From: Vicugna vicugna | Lineage: Eukaryota | Reading direction: 5' to 3' | NCBI GenBank assembly: GCA_013265495.1 | Contig: MU058065.1 | Span: 4,381,003 to 4,445,002 of the forward strand | Length of the DNA stretch: 64,000 nucleotides | Shown here: positions 39,461 to 51,620 of the stretch, piece by piece | How the letters are laid out: every line of letters begins with the position of its first letter | Position numbering within the stretch: position 1 is the first letter of the stretch | Made by a program: the position numbers and the translations under genes | Notes under the pieces: model-generated | Databases searched by the model: none | The model's input: the letters and a program-made list of their open reading frames with translations, nothing else | What the model was told of the DNA's origin: nothing

Positions 39461-40629
39461 AGGCGCGAAGGCCTGGGTTATGGAATAAAAGCAGGGTTTT
39501 CTGTGTGTGCGCTGTGGGGAGGAGACAACGGTGTGAATGCAAAGGCCAGCACAAAAATCCTGGCATTGTTTCTCTACAGTTTTGCCGAGGAGAAATAAAG
39601 GCAAAAAAAAAAAAATCTGATAAAATGAGGGAGTTGAACTCCAGCATCATCTCTAAGTGACGGACTTCGCTGTTTATTTAGCTGCTGTCTTTTCTGTGGA
39701 TTTTCCATTTCACTCTCCCAAGGAAAGACCTGGGTATGGGGTTTCCCTCATCCTTCTACCTACATGTCTTAATTTTAGAACAGTTTTCGAACAGAATAAC
39801 CAGGCCCTTAACTGTACCACTGGTACAGAAAATACAATTTGAGGTTACGTGGACACATTCCTATTGTGTGTGTCCAGTTCTCTGGGCTTCTGTTTTCTGA
39901 GATCTACTCAATGAGGACGAAAAAAAAAATCTGACTCTAAAGTGAAATAATATACGTGCACTTACTTTGTAAAACACTATACGCCGTTCTCTCATTTTTC
40001 TCTCTTTTTCCCTGGAAAGGAATCAATGAATGGATTTTGGGACTGGAAGTGAATACAGATTTTGGACACCAGCAAAATTTGCAGTGATGGTGCTGTGGTT
40101 CTGTCTCTGCTGGTGTTACTAAGATGGGCACCAGCTCCCACAGGGCCTCTGTCTCTCCATCAGTAAACATGCCTCCTGTGCTGGGGAATAAGCGGGTACA
40201 TCTGGCAGTGGGCGGCAGTGTTTTGTTGTAGAAACAACAGCCTCGCCCATTTTGGAGTCCCTGGCTATTTTTAATTAAAGACACTAATTTCTGTTGCACG
40301 ATCAAGTATTTTCTAGACAAAAGCTTTGTGTAGACTGTCAAGGAATAAGTTTTCCAGCACTGTGCTGTATCTTCAACACTCCCTGTGCACAAGAAAGACT
40401 CCAGAGAGAGCAGAAAACAGCACAGTCATTTGGGAAATTATTGCAGATACACAAATCAGGATTGCTGAAATGTCCCAGTGGGCTGGACGAGTTCTACAAA
40501 GAGGAAAGAGAGGGCTGCGCCGATGAGGGTCCAGTTTCATTGAAAATGAATGTCTGCCTTAGTTGCAAAGGGACCCATAGATGGTAGTGAGTGATGAGAG
40601 CTCACTCTCTCTCATCACAGGCCAAGTTG

Positions 40630-40790
40630 GGTTCAGGACCAGATCTTGCCATCTTGTAGCTGCATAAACTGAACTGATGTAACTGCTGGGAGCCTCAGTT
40701 TCCACATCCAGAAAATGGACGTGGTAACATTTGCCTTGTGAATTTGAGTGCAAATGAAAAAGAACGCATGTCAGACACCCTTCCATCATA
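40630..40790 (+). mobile_element. MIR
   Basis: 'gagcctcagtttccacatccagaaaatggac'. Confidence 0.75.
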
Positions 40791-41612
40791 AGACCTCAGG
40801 GAATAGCTGTAATTGTATTTCCAGATTTGTTTTATTTTTTATTCTTCTATTAGTGCTTATTTTAGCATTTTCTTTCCAGGTCTCCGTTGATGTTACTTTT
40901 GCCTGGCCCTGTGGCATTAATGCTACCTCTTTCTGCTGCCTCTGTCCCTCCCTGGGGAATCCGTGCTCTGTCTGCTGTCTCCCCCTCCCCCTGCCCCATC
41001 TCCCACCCCCACGACCTGTCCACCCACTGCCACATCGTTCATTACCGCCTACACCGATCTTCACTGAACGGGCAGGCACACACAGTCCCGTTGCACAAGC
41101 CAGGGATAGAACCAAGGCAGAGAGCCAAGTCATAATTACTTTTTGGAAGGTATTTTTTTAAGTGCTAATATAGCACATCCTAAATCCTATGCACGTAGGG
41201 TCTAGGATTAGTTGGAAAGTGTTAAAGTCCTTTCTGTGACTGCTTTGCCTTTTATAACTTTGAGCAAGTCATTTTCAGCCTCCCTTTCTCACACCCTTAA
41301 TGGAAAGATTAGGGAGATAATATCAGGAAGGTGCCATCTAAATACAAAATGATGTATAAAGGAAATAAATGTCAGACTCAGAAGCTGCGGGTTCTCTCAA
41401 CCATATGTTTTTCTGTGACCTTCAGTCTCCTAGGATCGGTCCAGGAATCAGTAACACAAGTCAAGAACTGCTTCAGTTTTCCAGTCTCATCAGGGTGAGT
41501 CTTCTGCTTGCCTTGCTATTGGCAGATTTCCAATCCCTAGTTCCATGCACCGGGCCCCGGGTTCCTAACAGCAGAGCCTAGTGGTGTCGAGGCTTACAGT
41601 GAATCTGTATGT

Positions 41613-42364
41613 ATGTTTATCTGAGATTTTTCTTATTTCCTGAGGTAAGCTTGTGTCGCTACGCCCTTCTCTCTCAGAACCACTTTTCCCATAGGTTTTG
41701 GATCGTCTGTTTCCGTTTTCAGTTTTCTTTAGGCATATTTTGAGCTCTTCTTTGATTTCCTCAGTGATCCATTGGTTGTTTAGAAAAGATACATGTGCCC
41801 AAATGTTCACAGCAGCATTATTTACAATTAATTGCCAAGATATGGAAGCAGACTGTGTCCATCAACAGTGTCAACAGATGAATGGATAAAGAAGATGTAA
41901 CATACACACCCACACGTGCACACGCACACAACGGAATAGTATTCACCATAAAAAAGAATGAAATTTTGTCATTTGCAACCACATGGAAACATTTGGAGGG
42001 CATTATGCTGAATGAAATAAGTAGAGAAAGACAAATACTGTATGATATCACTTATTTGCAGAATCTAAAAAATACAACAAACCAGTGAATATAACAAAAA
42101 AGAAGCAGACTCACAGATACAGAGAACAAGCTAGTGGAGACCAGTGGGAAGAGGGGAGGGGTGATGGGCAATATAGGGGTAGGGGATTAACAGGTAAAAA
42201 CTATTAGGTATAAAATAAGCTACAAGGATGGACTGTATGACACGGAGAATATAACCAATATTATATAATAACTGAACAGAGTACAAGCTTTAAAAATTGT
42301 GAATCACTGTATTGTACACCTATAACATGTAATATTGTGGAGCAACTATCCTTTAATATAAAAA
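41613..42364 (+). mobile_element. L1 insertion with 5' inversion (antisense ORF2 piece 41613-41783; sense ORF2 end + 3'UTR 41784-42364)
   Basis: Minus strand reads LNNQWITEEIKEELKICLK..ENGN (ORF2 just after the endonuclease domain); plus strand reads KDTCAQMFTAALFTI..IKKNEILSFATTWKHLEGIMLNEIS (ORF2 C-terminus), then 3'UTR and A-rich tail. Confidence 0.85.
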
Positions 42365-43403
42365 TGAATTCATATGTGCATGCAAAGAGGGTCGAATAGT
42401 GTCCAGCATAAGGTGAGTACTCAAAAGATGTTCAAGGTTAGCATTTGCATTTTAAAGCCGGCTTGCCTAGCTGGTTCTGATCTACTGCTTAGCTGTCACC
42501 CTCAGGACGTAGCCTTCAACATTGTTCCCTGGGACCCAGACTGTAATTTGACAGTCACTGCCTTCTAGACCCTGCCTTTGTCTGAAGACCTTGCCGTCTC
42601 AGTTTTCCCCCAGCACTTTCTGCCCCGATATTTAAGTCATGCAATTTGCAATCCACTGCCTTTGGGGCCCGGCACTGACAATGAGAGGGTGAAGCCCACT
42701 GCATGAATTACCTGTTCTTAGAAAGGAAAGCTTGAGAGAATGTCTTGATGGGACTGGGGAGAGGCAAGAGGCCAAGTGTAACATAGTAGACTCACCCAGT
42801 CCCCTTAGATTACTCCCAGGCCACTGGACAGACCTAAAATGACCTTGGAATTGGGTCATTTTTCAAACCCAAGAGTAAATTGTTTCCTATCAGTTGAAAT
42901 GTCCTCATATGCAAAGTCATTCTAAATTTTCACACTTCCAGCTACCTAGAAGGTGTGCTCATCCTTCACAGTAACATTTCAGGGCTCTAAAATGATGGTT
43001 TAGTGATGTTCCAGTCACTTCTTGGTGCTTTAACTAATGCTGGTAAATGTGTAAAATTGCTTCATAAATGGCTTAAATAAAAACTATATATTACTATGTC
43101 GACATTTCTCTTTCCTTAAACCTATAACCATCTATTTGAGTAAAATTATATTTTTCTTTCTTTGTGATGAACTTTTCTTCAATAGTTCATTTTCCTTCCT
43201 TGCCAGAGCTATTTTCATTTCAAAGTTGCAGCTTCTAATCTGGAGAACACTACTTTCCGGCTTTTTAGCCAACAATTTCTATTTGAATACTCGAAGAGCA
43301 TCATTCCCCGTAAATCTCTTAATGTTTTGAGCGTCCCATTTATAACTAAAATGAAAACTTCCTTTCACCTACTTTCAGAGGAAGAAAGTTTCATTAAGCA
43401 AAA

Positions 43404-43457
43404 TTTTTTTTTAATTGAAGTGTAGTCAGTTTACAGCATTGCGTCAGTTTCTGGTGA
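43404..43457 (-). mobile_element. Very short L1 3' terminus
   Basis: 'tttttttaattgaagtgtagtcagtttacagcattgcgtcagtttctggtg', same terminus as the 5190 and 54484 copies. Confidence 0.7.
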
Positions 43458-43629
43458 GGACTTCCTGTTAATATAGTAGCAATGCGGGCTACCCTCAGGC
43501 AAAATTCTATTGACTGTGGAGCATGTTTTTAGCATCTCTGCCCCTTCTCATGGGACAGTTTATGTCCCGGGCTACCTGAGTGATCCTTTCCGTAAACTCG
43601 CGGCTGAGGCCTCACTGCACGCTCCAGAC

Positions 43630-43912
43630 CAGGAGTCCCCAACTCAGATGCCTACAGGAATGAAACAGTTAAAGGGAGTAAGTGAAGCCAACAGCATGCA
43701 AATGGTGAGGGCTGTGGTGAGCTAGGGAGTCAATGTCCCATCAAACTGGGTAGCCAGTATTCTACTTCAATAGATTTATTGCCAAGCTGTTTTTCTAAAT
43801 CTGCAGGTTTTTCAAGAAAAGCCTGAAATACAGATTCAATTAAACATATAATGTGAACAAATATTGCAGGGACCAAACAAAACACGTCCACCTATCGGAC
43901 TTTTGACCCCTT
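43630..43912. mobile_element. MER102-like hAT remnant
   Basis: 'gtccccaactcagatgcctacagg ... ggaccaaacaaaacacgtcc ... tttgacccc'. Confidence 0.55.
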
Positions 43913-46139
43913 TTCCTTTTACCACTAAATGTCTTTGACATCAACACTTACCTGTTCCGAGTTGTAGCTTTCTCTGCTGGGATGCAAATGAGTATAAGTC
44001 ATAACTACTCATTAAAGTACAAATAATGGGCTAATAAAGTAGAAAATGACTGTCTCGGAGTAGAATTAGGAGTGGAATAAGATACAGTATATCAATCAGA
44101 CACATTATTTGGTAAAAAATAAATAAATAAAAATAAAAACAGATATAGACAACCAATTTTGCATTTTGACAAGCACCTTTTGCCTATGTCAAAATGTATT
44201 GCTTTCATTGATTCTAGGTATGGCGCCAATGACCACTGAAATTAAACATGCTACCCACATCTTCTTGCTTTTAGTTGTACCTTTATACCATCCTCAGTCA
44301 CAGGAATTCACTGAAACGAGTGATGAGGGAAGCAGGGAGGAAGGCAGCCACCTCCTGCCATCCTGTAAGGATACGTTCAATGATCCTTGTTCGTGATGGC
44401 ATAAGTCAGGAACAGATTTACCAGGTAAGGTGATAATGATGGAAAGAGAAACGGTATTTAAGTCTCTCTAGTTCTTTCCTGATGCATTTTCTTCTAGATT
44501 TTGGCCTAACCCTTGAAACAAACTTTTAGGAAAGCTCTGAACTTCTTTGTCATGGATGCATATGAAAGGCCACGCAAGTACAAGTGAAATGGAAATTAAA
44601 TAGAAATTGACCATAACTTCAACTTAAAAAATGCCCTGTGTGTGTGGTATGAGAAAGAACCTTCTTAGTCTCCCTACAAAGTGTTCTCAAAGCTAAGACA
44701 AATCTACTCCTTTGAGATGGTTTGTTTTTGACACCTAACTATCAAATACAGAAGTTTGTACATTTATCTGTTGTTTATCTACACAGTTGCAAACAGGATG
44801 TACCAGTAGTTCAGATTCTTCTCTGTACTAACAAGTATTTGAATGACTGAAGGATTGCTTATTTATCTGTCTTGCTGTTTTTCCTTAGGAAGGGAAAAAC
44901 TTGTCTGCAAAATAACCTTAAGAAATGTGCAGAACTCAGCCTTTGAAGACCTAAGATATTTTTAAGAAGGAATATATTGACTTTGGCACAGACTTTTGGA
45001 AAAATGATCCAGAATACCACAGGGGGAACACGTAAGCAAAAACAAAAAAACAACCAACTCTGTGATGAATGATGCTCGCTTTTTCCACATTCGTAGACTA
45101 AATGCAGCATGACTAGTAGGCACCAATCTGCGATTTTCATCCTGAGTAATAGTAAATGAGAACACACGGCTGCATTGGTTACAACAAAACAAAACAGCAG
45201 TGCTTGATTCACAGAAGCAATAAAATTTCAAACTGTGGGCTCAATTCAGTTCTGAATTATACATCTTGGAACACTGTTAAGTCAAATATTTGAGTAGCTG
45301 TGAAACTAAGCCTTCCCATTTCAATTACAATCCATTATGAGTCTGTCCTTCTTTACAAGACGAATGTCAGTGGAGCGGCATGTCTCTTGCTCTGCGAAGG
45401 CAGATCTTTAAAGGGAGTCTGGCTGGATGGGCTCGTGTTGAGAGTAGGGGGAGCAGTTTGGGGAGAGAGCTCAGAAAATAAGTGATACAACATATATCCT
45501 TCAGGAAATTGTTTCAGTCCAAGTCTGTGTTCTTTAGAAGTCATTTTCATGTAATGGATGTTGAATGCTTCCTGTTAGGCGTGATTTTATGGCTTTTGGT
45601 TTCAGAGACTTAGGGAGTTACTCCAGGCAGTCCCCTAAATGACTCCCTTGTATTGCTGAGAAGCAGTGACGGTGGGCTGATCAAAATGAGAAGTGAGTGT
45701 AGCATTCCTGTTCTTTTGTCAGTTCATGGGAGCTCAGTCAATCCGCGGTGCATCAAAGGCACGTTCTGACACAACAATGGGCTTAGGTACCACATTTTCT
45801 TATTGCTGCAGAGGGAACACAGATGCAAGATTCCACTTTGGGATCCCGGAACACATCTCACCCAGTTAAACTGTGACAGAGGAAGCAGACAATCTCACAT
45901 TCAATCTTTAGTGGCTGCCCTTGTGGTTTTGGAGAAAAGATTCTTAGAGAGTGAGGAGTACCAGGAAGAGAGTGCCCAGGCTGGGCTGGAGTTTCCCAGC
46001 AGTAAATCTGCTCAGACAGTATTTGATTGACAAGGAGACAAGATAAAGACCAGGGAAGGGGCAAAACTTGCCCACTAAGCACCAAGGATAGAATGGTTAC
46101 TGTGTCTCAGATTTCATTTACTTCTTGGAGTGACCTTAT

Positions 46140-46320
46140 ATATGATTAGCTATTGCTGCATAATTATCCACCTAAAAACTCAGTGGCTTAAAATTAACCA
46201 TTTACTATCATTGGTGAGCCTACAGCCTGGTTAAATGGTCTCATTCCAACCAGACTCAGGTGTCTATGGTTAGCTGTAGTTCAGTGTATGGCTCAACTGA
46301 TCTTGGCTGGGCTTTTCCCG
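46140..46320 (-). mobile_element. Old MLT1 fragment
   Basis: 'attagctattgctgcataattatccacctaaaaactcagtggcttaaaa'. Confidence 0.65.
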
Positions 46321-46384
46321 TGTCCCACCCTTCCTCAAAGGATTTCAAAGGCGCTCTATTACCTGCATAGGACAACTCAAATCC

Positions 46385-46836
46385 ATCTGACACTATTATG
46401 TCAAACTACTTTCTTAAAAATTATTGAGAACTTCAAAGATCTTTTGTTTATGTGAGTTACACCTATCCATATGTAACATACTCAAAATCATAAGTGAGAA
46501 ATTAAAAAATATTTATTAACGTGCTTAAAAATTAAACTTTATTTTCTAAAACAAACAAACAAAAAATACCGAGAAGAATGTTGGTGTTTACATTTTTTGC
46601 AAAGTTTTTTTTTTTTTTTTGTTTGGGGGAATCCAGACAGCTGCATTCTCATATCTGCTTCTGCATTCAGTCTGTTGTGAGGTCCCCTGTCTGGTAGCCT
46701 CGGGGAAAGCCCACCGTGCACCTGTGAGAGCATGTGAGTGGAAAAGGTAAATAAAAGGTTAGTTTAGCTATTTGTGAACCCCCTTAAAAGCTCAGCAACA
46801 GCAGGGGCTCCTGGACCCAGCTTTGAGAACCCTCGT
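46385..46836. mobile_element. Charlie1-like hAT fragment
   Basis: 'aaaaattattgagaacttcaaagatcttttgtttatgtg'; terminus 'ggggctcctggacccagctttgagaacc'. Confidence 0.65.
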
Positions 46837-47467
46837 CTAGAAATGAAGCGCGAACTTCCTGATTTCTGTCTTAACGACGTCTGTGAACTTGGCTCACTTC
46901 ATCTGTCATGTAACTACATTCAAATTTCTCTCTCTCCATTTACTCGCCATGTAACTTGGGCACGTTATTGGATTTCTCGATCTGTGGAACTGGCACACTC
47001 ATGTCTTACTCATAGGGCTGTTATGCTATGAATTAGATGTTTTGTGTAAAGAGCTCAACATCATGCCAGGCACACTGTAAACCATCAGTAGACTGTTACT
47101 ATTATTACTGTTTTTAGTAGTTACATTTCATTTAGCACATATGATGTCAGTGCTTTCATTGGAGAATGCGCTGTTTAAACACTATTATATGTGTTTAATA
47201 CAAACTCTATATACTATGCCAATACCCCTTGGAATGTTATGGTCTAGGGGAAATGAGATACTAATTTATTCATTTCATGAATGTTTATTGGGGAACTGGT
47301 ACGTGCTTCTGTGAGCTCTGAAGCCTCTGGGAGGAGTTCCCGGCCCAGGCTTGGGTAACACAGAAGACCCCACGAAGCTGGCATCAGAACTGTATCTTGA
47401 TAAGTATAAAATAGTCAAGGGCAAAGGGGACATGAGGAAAGGTACTTTAAGAAGGAAACTTTTATTG

Positions 47468-47812
47468 CAGAGTCAGCAAACATTTTCTGGAAAGAGCCAG
47501 AGAGGAAGCGTCGTAGGCTCTGTGGGTCATCTGCTCTGTGCAGCGACTTCTCAACTCTGCCCTTGTGATGTAAAAGCAACCAGAGACCTGACAAAAGGGA
47601 ACCAGCACGGCTGTGTTCCAATGATGCATTATTTAGGGGTGCTGAAATTTGATTTCATAGAACTTTCCATGTCCCATAATATTATTCATCATTAGATTTT
47701 TTTCTCCTTCAATAATTTAAAAAAAACCTAAAACCACCGTTAGCTTGTGGGGCCAGACAAAAATCGGCATTGGGTAAGAGGTGACTCCTGGGCTCTAGTT
47801 TGCAGATCCCTA
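47468..47812. mobile_element. MER58B-like hAT MITE
   Basis: Ends cagagtcagcaaac / tagtttgcagatccct; internal 'cagcgacttctcaactctgcccttgtg'. Confidence 0.75.
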
Positions 47813-49589
47813 CTCTGGAGTCAGAGTTATATGGTGAGAAAGTGTCATGTCTGTTTGGGGGAAAAATGAGTTATCTAGACTGATGTTTGTACAGGGCAAT
47901 TTGTAAGTGAGTTATCTTGGCAGATGTTTGTTATCTTGTGGAAGATAAGGGTGAAGGAGTGGAGAATGGTTAGCCTCGAAGGACTGAATAATGAAAATGA
48001 CAAGGGTAACTGTGACCTCCAAGTGTGACATCACAGCTGATAACATGTGGCACGTAAAATAGCGTGTTCTCCTTTGTAGATGGAAAAAAGGGAAATGTAC
48101 AGATTATCTGACTTGATCAAGAGCACACACCAATAAGTGGCCAAACTGCAGCTCTTTTTCTGGTACCTCGTCTCACTGAATTCCCCCTCTGCTGTATGAC
48201 GCAGAGTTTATCGTTTAAGCCATGGATACAGTACCGTGTGATAAGGCCCCTGCAGGCATTTGGATGTTCAAGGAATGGAAATACAATTCATCTTTTGGGG
48301 AAACAAGTATTTTCAAATTTTAAAACCACTCTATGGAGGTGGAGTTTATTTGTATTACAACAAGTACTAGAATCCAGTCCCAAGAGGTCAGATAAAGAGG
48401 AGTTAGGCAGTTCTGCAGGACACACGGATACAGGCTTTCTGGGGATAGGAAGTTATGCTTACTGAGTTTTTGCTTCTGGAGTTGAGGTAGGTCCTTGGGT
48501 TCTCAAGACTTAGGCAGGGAAGATCAAGGTTGTGGGAGTTTGGATCTGAGGCGTATCAGGCCCCTACAGCAGGACCTCACATCAGAGAGGGCCAGGAGAG
48601 GGCTCTGTGGATCAGGGACACTCTGTGGAATTAAGGAGACTATGTTGGACATGGAGCTCAAAATTCAGGCTTCTCGCATTGCAACTTTCTTGCGTGATCC
48701 TCAGAGCATCAGAAAAGAGAGTGATGTATTAAGCCTTGTTGTAGCTCTGGATTAGAAGTGCTTTCCTAACAAAGGGAAGGACCTCATTTTTGCTTGAGGC
48801 AGGGGTAGCACCGGCCTGTAGACACACTTAGCAGGTATCCAGAGGGAAGCAAAAGAGGACACTGCAGGGATTGATTAGAGCAAAAGATGGCAGTTGGCTG
48901 TTTGGATATGTATCCCCACCCAAGAAATTCTCAGGAATACTTAGAATATTGCAAAACTTCGGGCAGTGAGATATAAGAAGGACTTACTTTTTTTGTTTGT
49001 CTGTTTACATTTTTTGCTTTGTTTTTAAAGGTGGACATTAAAAGAAAAATGACTCCAGAAATCTGGGAACTTTAGGACATTAGAGTTGGCAATTGCTTGC
49101 TATGGAGAAAGAATTAATCAGGTGTATGCTTTAGGAAGAAATTCTGTGGGCAAGAAGAAGGGTCCTGTAGAGGGAGAGAATGGAGGTAAGGAAACCAATT
49201 AGACTTTTGCAAAAGAGATCATGGAAACCTGAACAAAGGCAGTGCTGTGAGTCTCAAGGAAAGGAGAGAATCATCGAACATTTCAGGGCTTGGGAACCTC
49301 CTGGATGTAGATGATCAGAGAGGGTGCTTTGCCTTAGAAACACAAGTTGGAACAGCGAGGGGGCATGTTCTCATGTGAGGGCAGTTCCATTTCCCGCCAA
49401 CCCAGGCAAGGTCATCTGTTAATGGTCAAGTTCAAATTCCTGCCCAATCTGTCTTCGACCCATTCTAGAACATTCAGGGTCCTTAAAGACTCTCTGAAGC
49501 CTGGTGAGAATGTATATTTGAAGTATGTGTGTCAGTCTCTACCCCTGGTGAACTTGGGAAGTCACCCTGCCAGCATTCTTTCTTCCCCC

Positions 49590-50075
49590 TAGTTTTTATT
49601 AAGATGTAATTGACACATAACATTGTATTAGCTTAAGGTGTACAGCATAATGATGTGATAATATGTATATATTGGAAATGATTACTGCAAGTTTAGTTAG
49701 CATCCGTCATTTCACATAGCTACACATTTTTTCTTGTGATAAGAACATTTAAGATCTATTCTCTGAGCAGCTTTCAAATGTACAATGCAGAATGGTTAAC
49801 TATAGACATCATGCTGTTATTGTATCTCCAGAACTTACTTATAACTGGAAGTTTGTACTTTTGACCACCTTCACCCAATTCCCCACTCCTCTGACCTGTG
49901 GCAACCACCAACCTGTTTGTTTCTATGAGTTTTTTTTTTCTAAGATTTGACGTATCAGTGAGATAATAACACTGTCTTTGTCTGACTTCCCTCGCTTAGC
50001 ATAATGCCCACGTGTTCCATTCCCGCTGTTGCATACGGCAGGATTTCCTTCTTTCTTATGGCTGAATACATATTC
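49590..50075 (-). mobile_element. L1 3' end (L1MA-like), antisense
   Basis: 'taattgacacataacattgtattagcttaaggtgtacagc ... ataactggaagtttgtacttttgaccaccttc ... ggcaggatttccttctttcttatggctgaata'. Confidence 0.9.
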
Positions 50076-50184
50076 AGTCCCACACTAGACCTCTCTGTCT
50101 CTCTTCGGGTCGCCCTTTCCTTCCTGAAACAGCAATGTTAGAGCCTATCTTTAGAGAAGTACCACACATCCTACTGTCTAGATC

Positions 50185-50389
50185 CAATGCTGTCCAATAG
50201 AACTTCTGCGATGAAGGAAGCCATCTATATCTGTGCTGTCCGATGTGGGAGCCATTGGCTACCTGTGGCTGGTGAGCACTTGAAAGGTGAGTGAGACCGA
50301 GGAGCTAATTTTTGATTTAGTTTAATTTACTTTTAATTTACATTAAATAGCTCCATGTGACAAGTGGCTGCCATACTGGATTGTGCAAT
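50185..50389. mobile_element. MER3-like hAT MITE
   Basis: 'gctgtccaatagaacttctgcgatgaaggaa ... gtggctgccatactgga'; 8-bp TSD tctagatc / tctggatc. Confidence 0.85.
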
Positions 50390-51459
50390 TCTGGATCCCG
50401 GTGTCCAACATCCTTCCCAAACTGAGGGCACCAGGGAGTTTTAATTTGAGGAGATTTTTGCATTTTTGTTTAGCCCACTTCTACCAGTAGACGTGGTGGG
50501 TGTAAGCATACGCTGTTTCTACTATTCTTGTCTGAATTCCTTCTAGGAATCACGCTGGCAGACTGGGTTAATTAATACCGCACAAATGAAAGAGACTGAA
50601 TGTAACTAATTATAGTTCAGGTTTAATTCTTTTAAAATTACATAATGAAACTGGGATATTTAGCAAGATTATTGGCAAAAGAAATTTAGATTTAGTGCTC
50701 TCGTCTTTAGCCCTTGATTCATGTTTGAATCACATAAATTTAGTACAATCATCTCGATTCCTCATCTTTATTGATACAATTTTGTCTAGCAACCATTTTG
50801 ACTCCTGACCTTGTGACCAGGTACTGAAAAAGCTTGGCCCTTCCTGGCTCTAGACCTTTCCAGCTATCAGCTAGCCTATGACCTATGTGAGCTTGCAGTC
50901 TTCAAGTCTTGCCATATGTTTGGCTAGTTACATTTTAACTTAGCTTGTGCTAAGATGTTAATAGCTAATAAGTGTCTAATCATTGTCAGACAATATATTC
51001 TTATTCTAGGACAGAAGCCCTCAGTGTCTTAAGCCAAAGAAAGGACGAGCAGGGAATGTTCCAGCTTTCCCCGGCTGGCACCTGAGCTGTTTAAAATAAA
51101 GGACAGGATGAGCCTATCTAATTTAATAAGCATTTAGAATGTGACAATGACATTGTGAAGCTTGGAGGTAGGGGAAAAACACCGCTTTCCTTTCTTGGGC
51201 CAAGAAAGCTACAGGGCAAACCCGCTCTTACGTCCGTGAGGTTGAGTCTAATACAGCTGCCATTTACTGGGTTTTTCTTAAGACTTCAAAGCACTGCATA
51301 ATCACACCCTGACTTTTTTATTAAAAGTTTTTTTTTTTTAATTCTAAACTAGTCAAGCAAAGAGGTAGAAGGTAAGGACATTTGCTAACCTTATGGTTTG
51401 TTGATACACGTGTGTGTGTGCGTGTGTGTGCATCAGGGGTGTAGGTAAATATAGTTGTT

Positions 51460-51620
51460 CCCTTGTCTGGGAGTTCAGAAGCTTTGCCATCTACCGATCA
51501 TGCAAACTGGGGCAAGTCTCAATCTCCCTAAACCTCAATTTTCTTATAAAATGAGGGTAATGGTATTTACCTCTGAAGGTTATTGAGAAAATTAAATGAA
51601 ATTATATACGAGAAAACAAT
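51460..51620 (+). mobile_element. MIR
   Basis: 'gggcaagtctcaatctccctaaacctcaattttcttataaaatgaggg'. Confidence 0.7.

Noticed and set aside
39937..40392. 151-aa minus-strand ORF
   Set aside because: Non-ATG start and no recognisable domain
41882..42088. ORF with IKKNEILSFATTW
   Set aside because: L1 ORF2 C-terminal remnant, not a host gene
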